Source: a virus
Virus record (IMG/VR): IMGVR_UViG_3300046792_000213
Location: 12,394-76,393 of that record
Reading direction: 5' to 3' (one strand)
Length of the DNA: 64,000 bases
Shown: positions 36,754 to 45,622 of the stretch, piece after piece
Layout: every line of letters starts with the position of its first letter
Position numbering within the stretch: the stretch's first letter is position 1
The notes under the pieces: model-generated
The model's input: only the letters and a program-made list of their open reading frames with translations
Told to the model about the DNA's origin: nothing
Database searches by the model: none
Translations under genes and position numbers: made by a program

Positions 36754-37314
36754 TCACTCGCGTACTCGAGCTGTCGCGTCCCGCAGGATGGCGACCTTCG
36801 TGCCGCTACTGATCGCGGTCACGTGGGTTCCGCCCTTGAGGGTGGACTCCCAGAGCTCGTCGACGATCCGCCGAATCGCTTCCTCGTCCGGGATGTCGGG
36901 GTTCGCCTCAAGTTCAGCGAGGACAGTCATGAACTCGGGGACCTGACGGAGAGCCTGGAACCAGTCGCTGACGTCCTCGATCTCCTTGCTTCCGCGTTCG
37001 GGACGCTCGGCGATCCAGCGCGCCATCTCGCTCGAGTCTGGCCAGTCCGGGGAGTCCCTATGGCACGGCGCACACAAAAGGATGACGTTCGACGCATTGT
37101 CCGAGCCGCCACGACTCGAGGGCACGACATGGGCACGCTCGAGCGTGGCCCGCTCCCAACTCGCCCGAGGCGTCGCCTTCGCCCAGCGCTCCGAGTGCCA
37201 GCCGCAGGCGAAGCAGCACGGCTCCTTCAAGTCCTCGAGCATCGGCGCGAACGCGTTGCGGTCAGGGCTCGAGGCCCAGTGCTGTGCGAGCTGCCACTTG
37301 TCAGGAACTGTCAT
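36754..37314 (-). CDS. HNH endonuclease
   Basis: CFACG...ERAHVVPSSRGGSDNASNVILLCAPCH. Confidence 0.85.
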   Translation of the reverse strand: MTVPDKWQLAQHWASSPDRNAFAPMLEDLKEPCCFACGWHSERWAKATPRASWERATLERAHVVPSSRGGSDNASNVILLCAPCHRDSPDWPDSSEMARWIAERPERGSKEIEDVSDWFQALRQVPEFMTVLAELEANPDIPDEEAIRRIVDELWESTLKGGTHVTAISSGTKVAILRDATARVRE

Positions 37315-37598
37315 GCCTGCCTCATCTCGTCGCGCGTTTGAACCGCGACCGGGGAGCCCCACCAGTTCTCGCCGAAGATTTCTACCAGCCGGTCGGCCAC
37401 CTTGATGAGGCCCTTCTCGCGTAGTTGCTCGTCGGCGATCTCCGGGGCTTTCAGGTACTCAGCGATCCAGACGTCAAAGAGCACCGTCAGTTTGGCAGCC
37501 AACCAGTCCGTCGAGTCCGTGTCGTTGGCCTCGAGCAGGCGAGGGTCGATGTCCATGCGTACTCCGCTTCGAGTGGCAACTGCGGGCGGGACGGTCAC
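37311..37598 (-). CDS. Hypothetical protein
   Basis: Coupled between recombinase and HNH. Confidence 0.65.
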   Translation of the reverse strand: MTVPPAVATRSGVRMDIDPRLLEANDTDSTDWLAAKLTVLFDVWIAEYLKAPEIADEQLREKGLIKVADRLVEIFGENWWGSPVAVQTRDEMRQA

Positions 37599-38650
37599 AG
37601 TCCGATCCCTCTCATCGGGTTCTCCTCGTGGGCGTCGACCGCGCGGATGTACTCGAGCACCTGCGGCGAGCCTTCAGCCCAGCGACCCTGAGCTCGGATG
37701 GCCGAGATGGGCGCGCGCTTCTTGTACGCCTCGGCAGCCCCGCCGGCACGGAAGCCGTGGGCGGTGTAGACGAGGTTGTCTTTCGGGAGGACCCGGGTAG
37801 CGCGTCGCTGGACCATCTCGTTGATGGCGTCCCCGGACATGGTGTCGCCCGTGATCACGTCCCATCGGTTGATGGAGCGGAGGAGTCGCCCCGTGGTGAT
37901 GCCGCGCTCGAGCAGCGCTTGGCGGTAGGCGCGGACGACGCGGATGGGGTCGGTGTCGTTGTGGATCCCTCGAGGGACGACGACTTCCTCTCCGGCGCCT
38001 TCCTGGTCGGTCTTGGAGGTCCGGATGAGGATGGTGAGGTCGCCTTCGTCGTCTTCGACGATGTCCTCGATGTGGAGCCCTGCGAGTTCGGAGCGGCGGG
38101 CCATCATGGCGAAGCCGAGGATGAAGATGGTGCGGTCACGGAGGCCGGACAGCGTCTCGAGGTCGCAGTCCTCGATCAGCAGGCGCAGTTTGACCAGGCC
38201 GATGGCGGGCGCCTTGCGTTTCCGGGTGCCGCTTTCGGCGCGCTTCTTCCGGTAGCCCTTGAGGACGCGTCGGGCTTCACCGGTCTCGGGCTGGTGTGGA
38301 TGGCCGGCCACCTTGTGGGCGGAGCGGATGACGGCAATGGCTTGCTCGATGCTCGAGGGCGCCAGTGGGCGGCCGGTGCTCGAGGGGGTGGTCGTGAGGT
38401 GGGTGACGTACTCCCACAGGGTTCTGGCGGTTGCCGGGAGGGGGACGCGTCCTCGATCGGCGCACCACTTGGTGAAGGTGTCCCACTGGCGGCTGTATGC
38501 GCGCTGGGTGTTGTCGGGGATTGATTCCTCGAGGGCGCGAAGCGCTTCGTCGGAGACGTAGTGGTCTCGCTCGGTGTGGACGGCCGCTGGGACCGGTGCT
38601 CGCGGGGCTGGGAGATGGGGTCCGACGGAGGACTCGAGGGGTTCGCTCAT
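37595..38650 (-). CDS. Cre-like tyrosine recombinase (SAM-like N-domain)
   Basis: NTQRAY..QW, RRSEL, SKTDQEG, HGFRAG, QGRW...EYIR. Confidence 0.92.
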   Translation of the reverse strand: MSEPLESSVGPHLPAPRAPVPAAVHTERDHYVSDEALRALEESIPDNTQRAYSRQWDTFTKWCADRGRVPLPATARTLWEYVTHLTTTPSSTGRPLAPSSIEQAIAVIRSAHKVAGHPHQPETGEARRVLKGYRKKRAESGTRKRKAPAIGLVKLRLLIEDCDLETLSGLRDRTIFILGFAMMARRSELAGLHIEDIVEDDEGDLTILIRTSKTDQEGAGEEVVVPRGIHNDTDPIRVVRAYRQALLERGITTGRLLRSINRWDVITGDTMSGDAINEMVQRRATRVLPKDNLVYTAHGFRAGGAAEAYKKRAPISAIRAQGRWAEGSPQVLEYIRAVDAHEENPMRGIGL

Positions 38651-38661
38651 CCCCCAATCTT

Positions 38662-38689
38662 ACCGCCGATAAGGCAAGTTATCCGGGGT
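38662..38689. promoter_or_regulatory. dif/lox-like recombination site (11-6-11)
   Basis: ACCGCCGATAA-GGCAAG-TTATCCGGGGT; arms are 9/11 inverted matches. Confidence 0.7.
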
Positions 38690-38724
38690 TAGAGTCAACT
38701 CGAAAGATGCGAGCGCTCAAGTCA

Positions 38725-38946
38725 CTACGCCCCGAACAGCCCGTCCTGCTCGACCTCAAACCGCCCGGGCCCGCGCACCAGGACGTCGGCCCCGAGCTTG
38801 TGCGCGCACCCCTCACCGAGTCCGCGAAGCCTCGCGTCCCGCGACTCCAACGGCCGGTGACACATCCCGCACCGGACGACGCGACGCCCCGCCGCCAGCA
38901 CCTCGTCGTCGGTGGCGAGGCCAGGCAGCGGGGCGTCAGGGGTCAT
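38725..38946 (-). CDS. DUF6011-like zinc-finger protein
   Basis: CGMCHRPLE..ARLRGLGEGCA. Confidence 0.75.
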   Translation of the reverse strand: MTPDAPLPGLATDDEVLAAGRRVVRCGMCHRPLESRDARLRGLGEGCAHKLGADVLVRGPGRFEVEQDGLFGA

Positions 38947-38955
38947 GCGGGGAGG

Positions 38956-39393
38956 CTACCGGCGGGGGGGCTGGTCCGTTGTGGCCGCGATCGGTCCCGG
39001 GGTCTCGCGGTGGCAGTCGCAGGCGCATTCGGCCATGTCCTGCTTGCGGGTGATCCGGCAGGCGGTGTGCTGGCGCCGTTCCCAGTCTGCGAGCACGGCC
39101 ATGGACGGCAGGTGGGTCTGTGCCGCGCGGTCGAGGGCGAGTGCGGTCTCGCAGGCGGTGGACACGTAGGGCCGCATATGCGGGGCGATCATCAGCCGCA
39201 GATGCTCGGGCAGGGCGTCGCGGTCGGACCCGGGCGGGGGCGGCACGTAGTCGGGCTGGGTGATCGCGATCCGCAGTCGCATGCTGTCGCCGAACTCGGC
39301 TTGCACGTGGTCGGCGATGCCCTGCGCCCACGACTGCGCGTCCCCGGCGTTGGGTGCGGTGATGTGGATGGTCAGGGCGACGGTAGTGGTCAT
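38956..39393 (-). CDS. Hypothetical protein
   Basis: YVSTAC...HTACR...CACDCH. Confidence 0.65.
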   Translation of the reverse strand: MTTTVALTIHITAPNAGDAQSWAQGIADHVQAEFGDSMRLRIAITQPDYVPPPPGSDRDALPEHLRLMIAPHMRPYVSTACETALALDRAAQTHLPSMAVLADWERRQHTACRITRKQDMAECACDCHRETPGPIAATTDQPPRR

Positions 39394-39839
39394 TTGGCAC
39401 CCCCTGAGGCGACGGCCGCAGCGACGATGATCCACCCTTTGTGCCAGGCCTGGTCCATGAGGTAGCCGGCACCTGGGTCTCGTTCGAGCCATCCGGCGTG
39501 TCCGGTGTTTGCAGCGAGGCGGACGATTCCGCGGGGGTGCTTGTCTCGCCAGCGGCCGCCTTGCCGGTCGGCGATGTAGTGGGTGGCGGCGGAGATGGCG
39601 AGTGCTGCTGCTGCGCAGCCGGGGGTGAGGCGGAGTCCGAGGAGGCGTTGCCCGGCCAGGAGGGTGGCGGCTTGGGTGGCGGTGTAGGTGGCGACGTGCT
39701 TGGCGCAGGCTCGGGCGCCTTCCGGGCCAGGCTTCCCCTTCACGGTGGCTTGTGAATCGACTTGCACCCAGTGGTCGGCGACCTCGTGGGATGCGGTGAG
39801 GAGGGCGTAGGTGGCGGCGAATCGGGCGGTGGTGGTCAC
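39390..39839 (-). CDS. DUF3307-like membrane protein
   Basis: HEVADHWVQ, HVATY, THYIADR, DQAWH. Confidence 0.75.
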   Translation of the reverse strand: MTTTARFAATYALLTASHEVADHWVQVDSQATVKGKPGPEGARACAKHVATYTATQAATLLAGQRLLGLRLTPGCAAAALAISAATHYIADRQGGRWRDKHPRGIVRLAANTGHAGWLERDPGAGYLMDQAWHKGWIIVAAAVASGGAK

Positions 39840-40009
39840 TGGTTCCTCCGTGCGTCTCGCCGGGCCTGCCGTCTGGTCGCCCGGTTGGGTGTGGGCGGGT
39901 CGTCCCACCCGTAGGGGCTGCCGCCGCGGTCGTCGGGCACGACCACCTCGTAGCGGCGGAGTTCGGTTTCCCAGTGGGCGCCGACGGTCCCGGCGCGCTC
40001 GGTGGTCAC
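39836..40009 (-). CDS. Small hypothetical protein (not in ORF track)
   Basis: GTGA coupling at both ends; PNRATRR motif. Confidence 0.5.
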   Translation of the reverse strand: MTTERAGTVGAHWETELRRYEVVVPDDRGGSPYGWDDPPTPNRATRRQARRDARRNQ

Positions 40010-40230
40010 GGCTGCTCCTCTTCGGCGCGGCGGGCCACGGCTTCGGCGTCCGCGATGGCGCAGGGCTTGCAGACGTCGGTGACGCCGCCTTCGACGGCGT
40101 TCAGGTCGTCCACGGTGAAGTAGCCGAAGCAGAACTGGCGCATGACCCTGCCGTCGGTGAGACGGGTCAAGAGGGTCCGGGTGTGCCCGTCCCCGTAGTC
40201 GACGGTCAGGAAGTCGACCGGCTCAGGCAT
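40006..40230 (-). CDS. Hypothetical protein
   Basis: GGAGG RBS, operon position. Confidence 0.55.
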   Translation of the reverse strand: MPEPVDFLTVDYGDGHTRTLLTRLTDGRVMRQFCFGYFTVDDLNAVEGGVTDVCKPCAIADAEAVARRAEEEQP

Positions 40231-40618
40231 GGGGTGCCTCCAGCTTGGCGACGTGGTCGGCGGCACCCTCGAAGAGGTGGGCGAGTTGGATGGCCGTGTG
40301 GTCGTCGGCCCACACTCCGATGATCTGGTGTGCGTGCCGGACGGCCTCGGAGAAGGACCCCGCTGTCCATGCCGGGGTCGGGAGTCCACCGGCCTCGGCT
40401 GCGGGGTCGATAAGACTGGCCACCACGATGAGGGCGACGCCTTCGGCAAGAGCGTGCTCGGGCGTTATGGCGGCGATGAAGCTGTTGAAGTCGACGGATC
40501 CATAGACGGCGCGACGCAGCGCCAGGTACGGCCCCTCGTCGACGTACCAAGCCGCTTCGGTCAGCGCCTTGGAGACGGTGGGCGCGATAGGTAGGGCGGC
40601 GAGTTCGGTCACAGACAT
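40223..40618 (-). CDS. Hypothetical protein
   Basis: AAAGGA RBS. Confidence 0.6.
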   Translation of the reverse strand: MSVTELAALPIAPTVSKALTEAAWYVDEGPYLALRRAVYGSVDFNSFIAAITPEHALAEGVALIVVASLIDPAAEAGGLPTPAWTAGSFSEAVRHAHQIIGVWADDHTAIQLAHLFEGAADHVAKLEAPHA

Positions 40619-40699
40619 GCTCACAGCGGGTCCTTTCTGGGTGCCCGGCCGGGTAGGGCCGGGCACCGTGAGGTGGGGGTCAGTGGGTGGGGGGCTGGT

Positions 40700-40984
40700 T
40701 CATCCGTGCAGGCGCCAGGCCGAGTAGGGCTCTGGTAGCGGTTCCTTGCCGCGCCCGGAGTCGAAGGGGCGGCGAAGGGTCCATTGGTGGCCGCAGTTGC
40801 CGCAGACGGCTCGGACTCGGACCGGGTCGCCGTGGCGCAGCTCGAAGTGCTGAACGGCCGGGTGGACGGTTCCGTCCGGGTCGACGGCGGCTTGCCCCCA
40901 GTCGAGGTAGCCGTCGATGTCCTCGGCGAGACTGACCGGGCTGCCGCACTTGGTACACGGGAGCGGGCGGGGCTCGGTGGTCAC
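40700..40984 (-). CDS. Zinc-ribbon hypothetical protein
   Basis: CTKCG...CGNCGHQW. Confidence 0.65.
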   Translation of the reverse strand: MTTEPRPLPCTKCGSPVSLAEDIDGYLDWGQAAVDPDGTVHPAVQHFELRHGDPVRVRAVCGNCGHQWTLRRPFDSGRGKEPLPEPYSAWRLHG

Positions 40985-41406
40985 GGTCCCTCCTTGGCGT
41001 TTGCGCCCATGTCGGTGGTGGTGGCCGCGAACTCCGCGGCGAGCGACGGGTGCGTGAACCGGATCGGCTTGCCCAGCTCCCGGGCGTAGGCGATCTCGCT
41101 GCGGGTGGAGTCCCCCGCGTAGTCGCCGACGACCAGCACCTCGTCGGCCAGCCGGATCTTCGCCCGGTGCAGCTCGTCCAGGTCCACCTTCACGGCGGCG
41201 GCGTCCGCGTAGCCGGCCCCGGGGCGCTTCATGTCAACGTCCGGGCGGACGACGATCCGCCCGTTCAGGGTCTCGGCCCATGCGGCGTCGGCCATCTCCT
41301 GCCAGAAACGGGTGGACCCGCAGATCACGGTGATGCGGGGGATCGACAGGCGGCGCTTCGCGTCGGCGAGCTTCTCTTCCGGGCTGAGCAGTTCGGGGTA
41401 CGACAT
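40981..41406 (-). CDS. Nucleoside 2-deoxyribosyltransferase-like (NDT/DUF4406-fold) protein
   Basis: ICGSTRF...LHRAKIRLADEVLVV...STRSEIAYARELGKPI. Confidence 0.7.
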   Translation of the reverse strand: MSYPELLSPEEKLADAKRRLSIPRITVICGSTRFWQEMADAAWAETLNGRIVVRPDVDMKRPGAGYADAAAVKVDLDELHRAKIRLADEVLVVGDYAGDSTRSEIAYARELGKPIRFTHPSLAAEFAATTTDMGANAKEGP

Positions 41407-41693
41407 CAGGACTCCTTCGGGGTGGTGGTGATGCGGGCCGGGCAGAACGTGGCGCCGATGCCGTCGGCGAGGCTGAGCCACATGAACTCGCCCTGGGTGC
41501 GGTCCCGGTTGGTGCGGAACAGGCAGTCGGCGTACTCGGGGTGGCCCATTTCGGTGAGGACCGGTGTCAGGTACGGGATGGCGTACTCGGCAACCGTGCG
41601 GTGGAAGACGTTCCGGTCGTCGGCGTCCAGCGTCAGCGGCGGCACCGGGTGGGTGTCACCGACCTTGCCGAACTCAATGCGGTAGGTGGTCAC
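41406..41693 (-). CDS. Hypothetical protein
   Basis: AAGGAG RBS. Confidence 0.6.
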   Translation of the reverse strand: MTTYRIEFGKVGDTHPVPPLTLDADDRNVFHRTVAEYAIPYLTPVLTEMGHPEYADCLFRTNRDRTQGEFMWLSLADGIGATFCPARITTTPKES

Positions 41694-41770
41694 GGGTGCT
41701 CCTTGGTGGTCGGGTACGGTCCGGGGTGGCACCCCCGCCTGTTACGAGCAGGCGGGGGTGTCGTGCGGGG

Positions 41771-42139
41771 TCATGCGGCGGCGGGTTCGTTGTCGTCTTC
41801 GTCGTCGGGCTGCGGGTGGTCGAACGCGCGTCCTTGGTCGTCCGGGTGGAGCGTCCGGTAGCAGGCGGCGCAGAGTTGGTCGTCGATGAAGCGCCAGGTA
41901 AAGCCGTGACGGGCGTCGGCGTTCGGGGCATACGGGAAGGTGTGCTGTCCGCAGCGGGTGATGGTTGGTGTACCGAGTAGGCCGGCGAGGGCCTGACCGC
42001 TGCCGTCCATCGGGATGGCCTCGTCCGGCTCGACCGTTGGGCCGGGGTCGGGGGGAAGTACCAGCAGGTGCACGGTGCCTGTGCCGATCGTCCGGATGAA
42101 CCGAATGTCAGCGCCTGCGGGAAGTCGTTCGGCCATCAC
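41771..42139 (-). CDS. Hypothetical protein
   Basis: VH...CG...LCAAC. Confidence 0.6.
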   Translation of the reverse strand: MMAERLPAGADIRFIRTIGTGTVHLLVLPPDPGPTVEPDEAIPMDGSGQALAGLLGTPTITRCGQHTFPYAPNADARHGFTWRFIDDQLCAACYRTLHPDDQGRAFDHPQPDDEDDNEPAAA

Positions 42140-42396
42140 GCGCCCCTATTGACGGCGAGCCAGTCCCTGCCGGCCGGGGTGACTTTGACGGGCGTGTCGG
42201 GGCCGCCGTCCCCGACGTCGATGAGTCCCTGGTTGTCGAGTGGCCAGAAGGTGCGGCCGTTGAAGACGTGGTTGGTGTGCGGGTGCTGGTAGCGGGCTCG
42301 GGGCTGGAGCTTGAAGACCACGCCGTCGCCGGCGTCGTGGTCGGCGATCTGGCGGAGGAGCTTGATGGCGGTCGGGGTGAGGTTGATCTCGGTCAT
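42136..42396 (-). CDS. Small winged-helix-like protein
   Basis: LTPTAIKLL...LDNQGLI...VTPAGRDWL. Confidence 0.6.
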   Translation of the reverse strand: MTEINLTPTAIKLLRQIADHDAGDGVVFKLQPRARYQHPHTNHVFNGRTFWPLDNQGLIDVGDGGPDTPVKVTPAGRDWLAVNRGA

Positions 42397-42553
42397 TTCG
42401 GGTCTCCGTTCGGGTTGTCGGTTGATCGGATGGGCTGTGCGCCTCGCTGCCGCTCTCCCGTGTCGGGCTCCGGTTCCCCGCCGGACCCCTGCGAGGCGGC
42501 GAGAGGGCCCGTCAGGCGCGTTCTCGGGCCTGTTCCGGTGAACCCGTCCGGCC

Positions 42554-42859
42554 TCACCGCGCACCACCCGGGGCGGCAGGGGTGCCGTCGGCGTTCCGCA
42601 CCAGCCGGTAGCCGGTCCGGCGCGTCGGGTCGTCGTGGAGCAGGCGGGCGGCGATCTGGCGGCGGCGGTCCAGGAACTCCCGCCCGTCGCGGCTGCGGTG
42701 AACCGTGGCGACGAGCACCTTGCTGTCCTCGAACAGCCCCGGGTGGAGCACGCGGATGCGGATGTAGTGCTCGCCGGACTTGGAGCGCGAGGGCGCGCAC
42801 GCCACGTACTCCTGATCGAGCTCCACGGCGGGTTCGGGCGGCTCGGGCGGCTTGTTCAC
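42554..42859 (-). CDS. Hypothetical protein
   Basis: GGAGGA RBS. Confidence 0.55.
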   Translation of the reverse strand: MNKPPEPPEPAVELDQEYVACAPSRSKSGEHYIRIRVLHPGLFEDSKVLVATVHRSRDGREFLDRRRQIAARLLHDDPTRRTGYRLVRNADGTPAAPGGAR

Positions 42860-42928
42860 TGGTTCCTCCGGGTTGAGGTCGGACGGTTGCTGGCGGCGAT
42901 CCGTGCAGGTCACCGGGTTAGGCGGGGG

Positions 42929-43852
42929 TCAGGCGGCGGGGTTCGGGTTCCCGAAGTCGAGGTGGGTTTGACCGAGGCGGTTCCGCAGCGCCAGGTCGTG
43001 ACACGCCGGGTCGAGGTCGACTCCGACGTACTTCCGGTCGAGCCGGAGCGCCGCAGCCCCAGTGGTGCCCGAGCCGGAGAACGGGTCCAGAACCACGCCG
43101 CCAGGCTTGCAGCCAGCCTTGATGCAGCGCTCCGGCACATCAATCGGAAAGGTGGCGAAGTGCTCGACCCTCCCGGACTTGTTGGGCCGGTTCGCCAGCG
43201 ACCAGACGTCACCCGGGTTCCGCCCCATGGGGTGCGACCGGACGTGCGCGCCACCGAGGGCGTCCAGTCCGTCCTGCTTGCCGTTGGTCCACGGCTTGGC
43301 TTCCCGATACAGGCCTTGTGCTGCTGGTGCTGCCGCGCGCTGCTGGTACTTAGCGGTGAACTCGCTGATCGGCTCACGGATCGGGTCAAGGTCGAACAGG
43401 TACCGTTCCGACTTGGCCAGCAGGATCACGTGCTCGTAGCGGCTGGACAGTCGGTCTTTGTGCGGCTCCGGCATGGCGTTGGTCTGGTGCCAGATCACGT
43501 CGTTCCTGACGATCCAGCCGTCGTCTTGGAGGGCGATGGCAACCCGGCTTGGGATGAGCTGGAGCTGTTTGCTTGATCCGTAGCTGTCGCCGAGGTTGAT
43601 CCAGCAGGTGCCGTCGATGGCGAGGACCCGGCGTGCCTCGTGGAAGACGGCGGTCATGGTGGCCACGTACTCAGCGCGAGTGGCCTCCCACCCGTATTGG
43701 CCTTGGATGCCGTAGTCGCGCTGCTTCCAGTAGGGCGGGCTGGTGACGATGCAGTCGACCGACGACTCCGGCATCGAGCGCAGGACGTCGAGGGTGTCGC
43801 CGAGGAGCAGCGTCACCTGATCGTCGCGGTAGTGCTCGGTGGGCGCGGTCAC
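42929..43852 (-). CDS. DNA amino-methyltransferase, beta class (likely N4-cytosine)
   Basis: VTSPPY motif IV before VLDPFSGSGTT motif I; HFATFP. Confidence 0.92.
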   Translation of the reverse strand: MTAPTEHYRDDQVTLLLGDTLDVLRSMPESSVDCIVTSPPYWKQRDYGIQGQYGWEATRAEYVATMTAVFHEARRVLAIDGTCWINLGDSYGSSKQLQLIPSRVAIALQDDGWIVRNDVIWHQTNAMPEPHKDRLSSRYEHVILLAKSERYLFDLDPIREPISEFTAKYQQRAAAPAAQGLYREAKPWTNGKQDGLDALGGAHVRSHPMGRNPGDVWSLANRPNKSGRVEHFATFPIDVPERCIKAGCKPGGVVLDPFSGSGTTGAAALRLDRKYVGVDLDPACHDLALRNRLGQTHLDFGNPNPAA

Positions 43853-44016
43853 TGCTGGCCTCGGTTCGGGTAGGCGCGGGTGAACCATTTGCAGCCGGTG
43901 CACAGCCAGGCCGGGGCGCTGGTGCAGCCGTCGCTGTACGCGGGGTCGTAATCGAAGGTGTGGCTGCCGCATTCGGGGCAGGTGTCGGGCCGGTCGTCCG
44001 GCGCGGGGGCGCTCAC
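43849..44016 (-). CDS. Small zinc-finger protein
   Basis: CPECG...CTGC; GTGA coupling. Confidence 0.55.
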   Translation of the reverse strand: MSAPAPDDRPDTCPECGSHTFDYDPAYSDGCTSAPAWLCTGCKWFTRAYPNRGQQ

Positions 44017-44219
44017 TGCCCGGCCTTGACCGCGGCGCGGAGGCGCTTGAACAGGTCGGCGGCCTCCTGCGGGTAGTGGTCTTCGCCGTCGTCCTCGCTG
44101 CACTCGATGCCTTTGTGCAGGTCGTAGTCGAGGAGGGCGAGGTACTTGCGGAGGGCGGTCTCCACCTGCTGGGCCGTCACGGTCACGGTCTCGGGGGTCG
44201 GTTCGGGCTGGGCGGTCAC
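44013..44219 (-). CDS. Hypothetical protein
   Basis: AAGGA RBS. Confidence 0.6.
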   Translation of the reverse strand: MTAQPEPTPETVTVTAQQVETALRKYLALLDYDLHKGIECSEDDGEDHYPQEAADLFKRLRAAVKAGQ

Positions 44220-44421
44220 GGCGGGTCCTTCCGGTTCGGGTGCGGTGCGGGGGTCAGGCGGCGGTTTCGTCGGCGGCGGGCTGGTCGTAGGCGGTGGGCG
44301 CCCGGCGCTTCACGTCGAGGCAGACCGGGCAGTCGTCTTCGCCCTCGATGGGGACTTGGAGGGCGGCTCGGATGCGGGCGGCAAGGGTGTCGTCGTCGTT
44401 GCTCACGGCGTGCTCCTTCGG

Positions 44422-44685
44422 TCAGGCGGCGAGTGCGGCGGCGAGCGCGGCCCGGTTGGCGGCGGCCCGGTGGGGGCTGATGGGCTGCCGGTCCGGCTTG
44501 TATTCGCCGACACGGCCAGTGGGGTGGGCTTCGGCGTAGAGCCGGCTGAGGGCATCGGCGGCGGGAAGCCGCAGCGCACGCCGGGTGTTGGCGACGGTGG
44601 ACCGATCGCAACCGAGGCGTTTCGCGATGCTCGCGTTCGTGTGGCCGGCGCGGATCAGGTCGGCTATGTCGGCACGGATCTTCAC
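44422..44685 (-). CDS. HTH protein
   Basis: LIRAGHTNASIAKRLGCDRSTVA. Confidence 0.7.
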   Translation of the reverse strand: MKIRADIADLIRAGHTNASIAKRLGCDRSTVANTRRALRLPAADALSRLYAEAHPTGRVGEYKPDRQPISPHRAAANRAALAAALAA

Positions 44686-44981
44686 GCTGCGGTCTCCTTC
44701 GCTTCGGTGAGGCGTTCGGGGTGGACGTGGCCGCCGTGGATTGCGTAGCCCGCGAGGTGGCAGGGCTGGCCGGGGGCGACCTGGCACGTAGGGCAGACGG
44801 CCGTGGCGCGCGCCCACGCTGTGATGCGGGACGGGTGCGGCTGGGGCATCAGGCGGCGCTTCGAGACGGTGGTGCAGGGGCGCCGCTCGCCGGCCCCGCA
44901 GTGAGGGCAGGCAACGGAACGGGCCGGGTGCTGCGGGGCGCGCAGCAGGTGGCGGATCGTGTCGGGCATTTCAGCGCCCAT
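44682..44981 (-). CDS. Double zinc-finger protein
   Basis: CPHCGA...PC...HPSR; CPTC...PC...HPER. Confidence 0.7.
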   Translation of the reverse strand: MGAEMPDTIRHLLRAPQHPARSVACPHCGAGERRPCTTVSKRRLMPQPHPSRITAWARATAVCPTCQVAPGQPCHLAGYAIHGGHVHPERLTEAKETAA

Positions 44982-45622
44982 CAGGACTCCTCGGTGTCGT
45001 CGGCGGTGGCGGGCTTGGGTGGAAGGGCGGCGAGGGCGGCGGCGGATGCGGCTTTGCGGCGCGCTATCTCGTCGGCTTCGCCGGTGGGGGCAGCGCCGTT
45101 CGCGGTGTCGATGCGGGACGGGTGGAACAGTGCGAGGCGGCGTCCGCCGTAGGAGCGGCAGGCGTGCAGGGGTTTGGCGTGGCAGTGCGGGCAGGCCACC
45201 CCGAGGGGGCCGCGGACGTTGCCGTCCTTGTCGGGCACGTGCTGGCCGACTCCGGACAGGAGCGCTTTCATGTCGCGGGGCTTGAGTTCCAGGCCGTCGG
45301 CGGCGCGGGTCCGCTGGTTTCGGACTGCGGCGAGGTACGCCTGCACGTCGTCGGGGTCGGCGTCTGGGACGGCGGCGGGGAGGCCTGGGCCTTGGATGTC
45401 GCGGGCGTTGTCGCCGCGGCGCTGCCGAATAACGCCGATGATCTCGGCGGGGCTGACGAACGGCTGACGGCGTGCCATCTCGGCGGCGGCGGAGCGGCAT
45501 TCGAGGAGGGTGTAGTCGCCGAGGACGTCGTGCCAGGCGTCGGGGGTGTACTCGTCGAACTTCTGCTGGGGGCACAGTGCCCGGACGTACCGGGCGAGCA
45601 TCACGGTCTCGTCGGGGCTCAT
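44981..45622 (-). CDS. Replicative helicase loader/inhibitor-like protein with zinc finger
   Basis: Directly after rep; AWHDVLGD...PFVSPAEII; CPHC...HPSR. Confidence 0.65.
   Translation of the reverse strand: MSPDETVMLARYVRALCPQQKFDEYTPDAWHDVLGDYTLLECRSAAAEMARRQPFVSPAEIIGVIRQRRGDNARDIQGPGLPAAVPDADPDDVQAYLAAVRNQRTRAADGLELKPRDMKALLSGVGQHVPDKDGNVRGPLGVACPHCHAKPLHACRSYGGRRLALFHPSRIDTANGAAPTGEADEIARRKAASAAALAALPPKPATADDTEES

Noticed and set aside
36630-36760. Second dif-like site closing the Cre-HNH cassette
   Set aside because: Only a terminator hairpin is present; no ATAA-N6-TTAT core
42929-43852. Complete restriction-modification system
   Set aside because: No adjacent endonuclease; appears to be an orphan methylase
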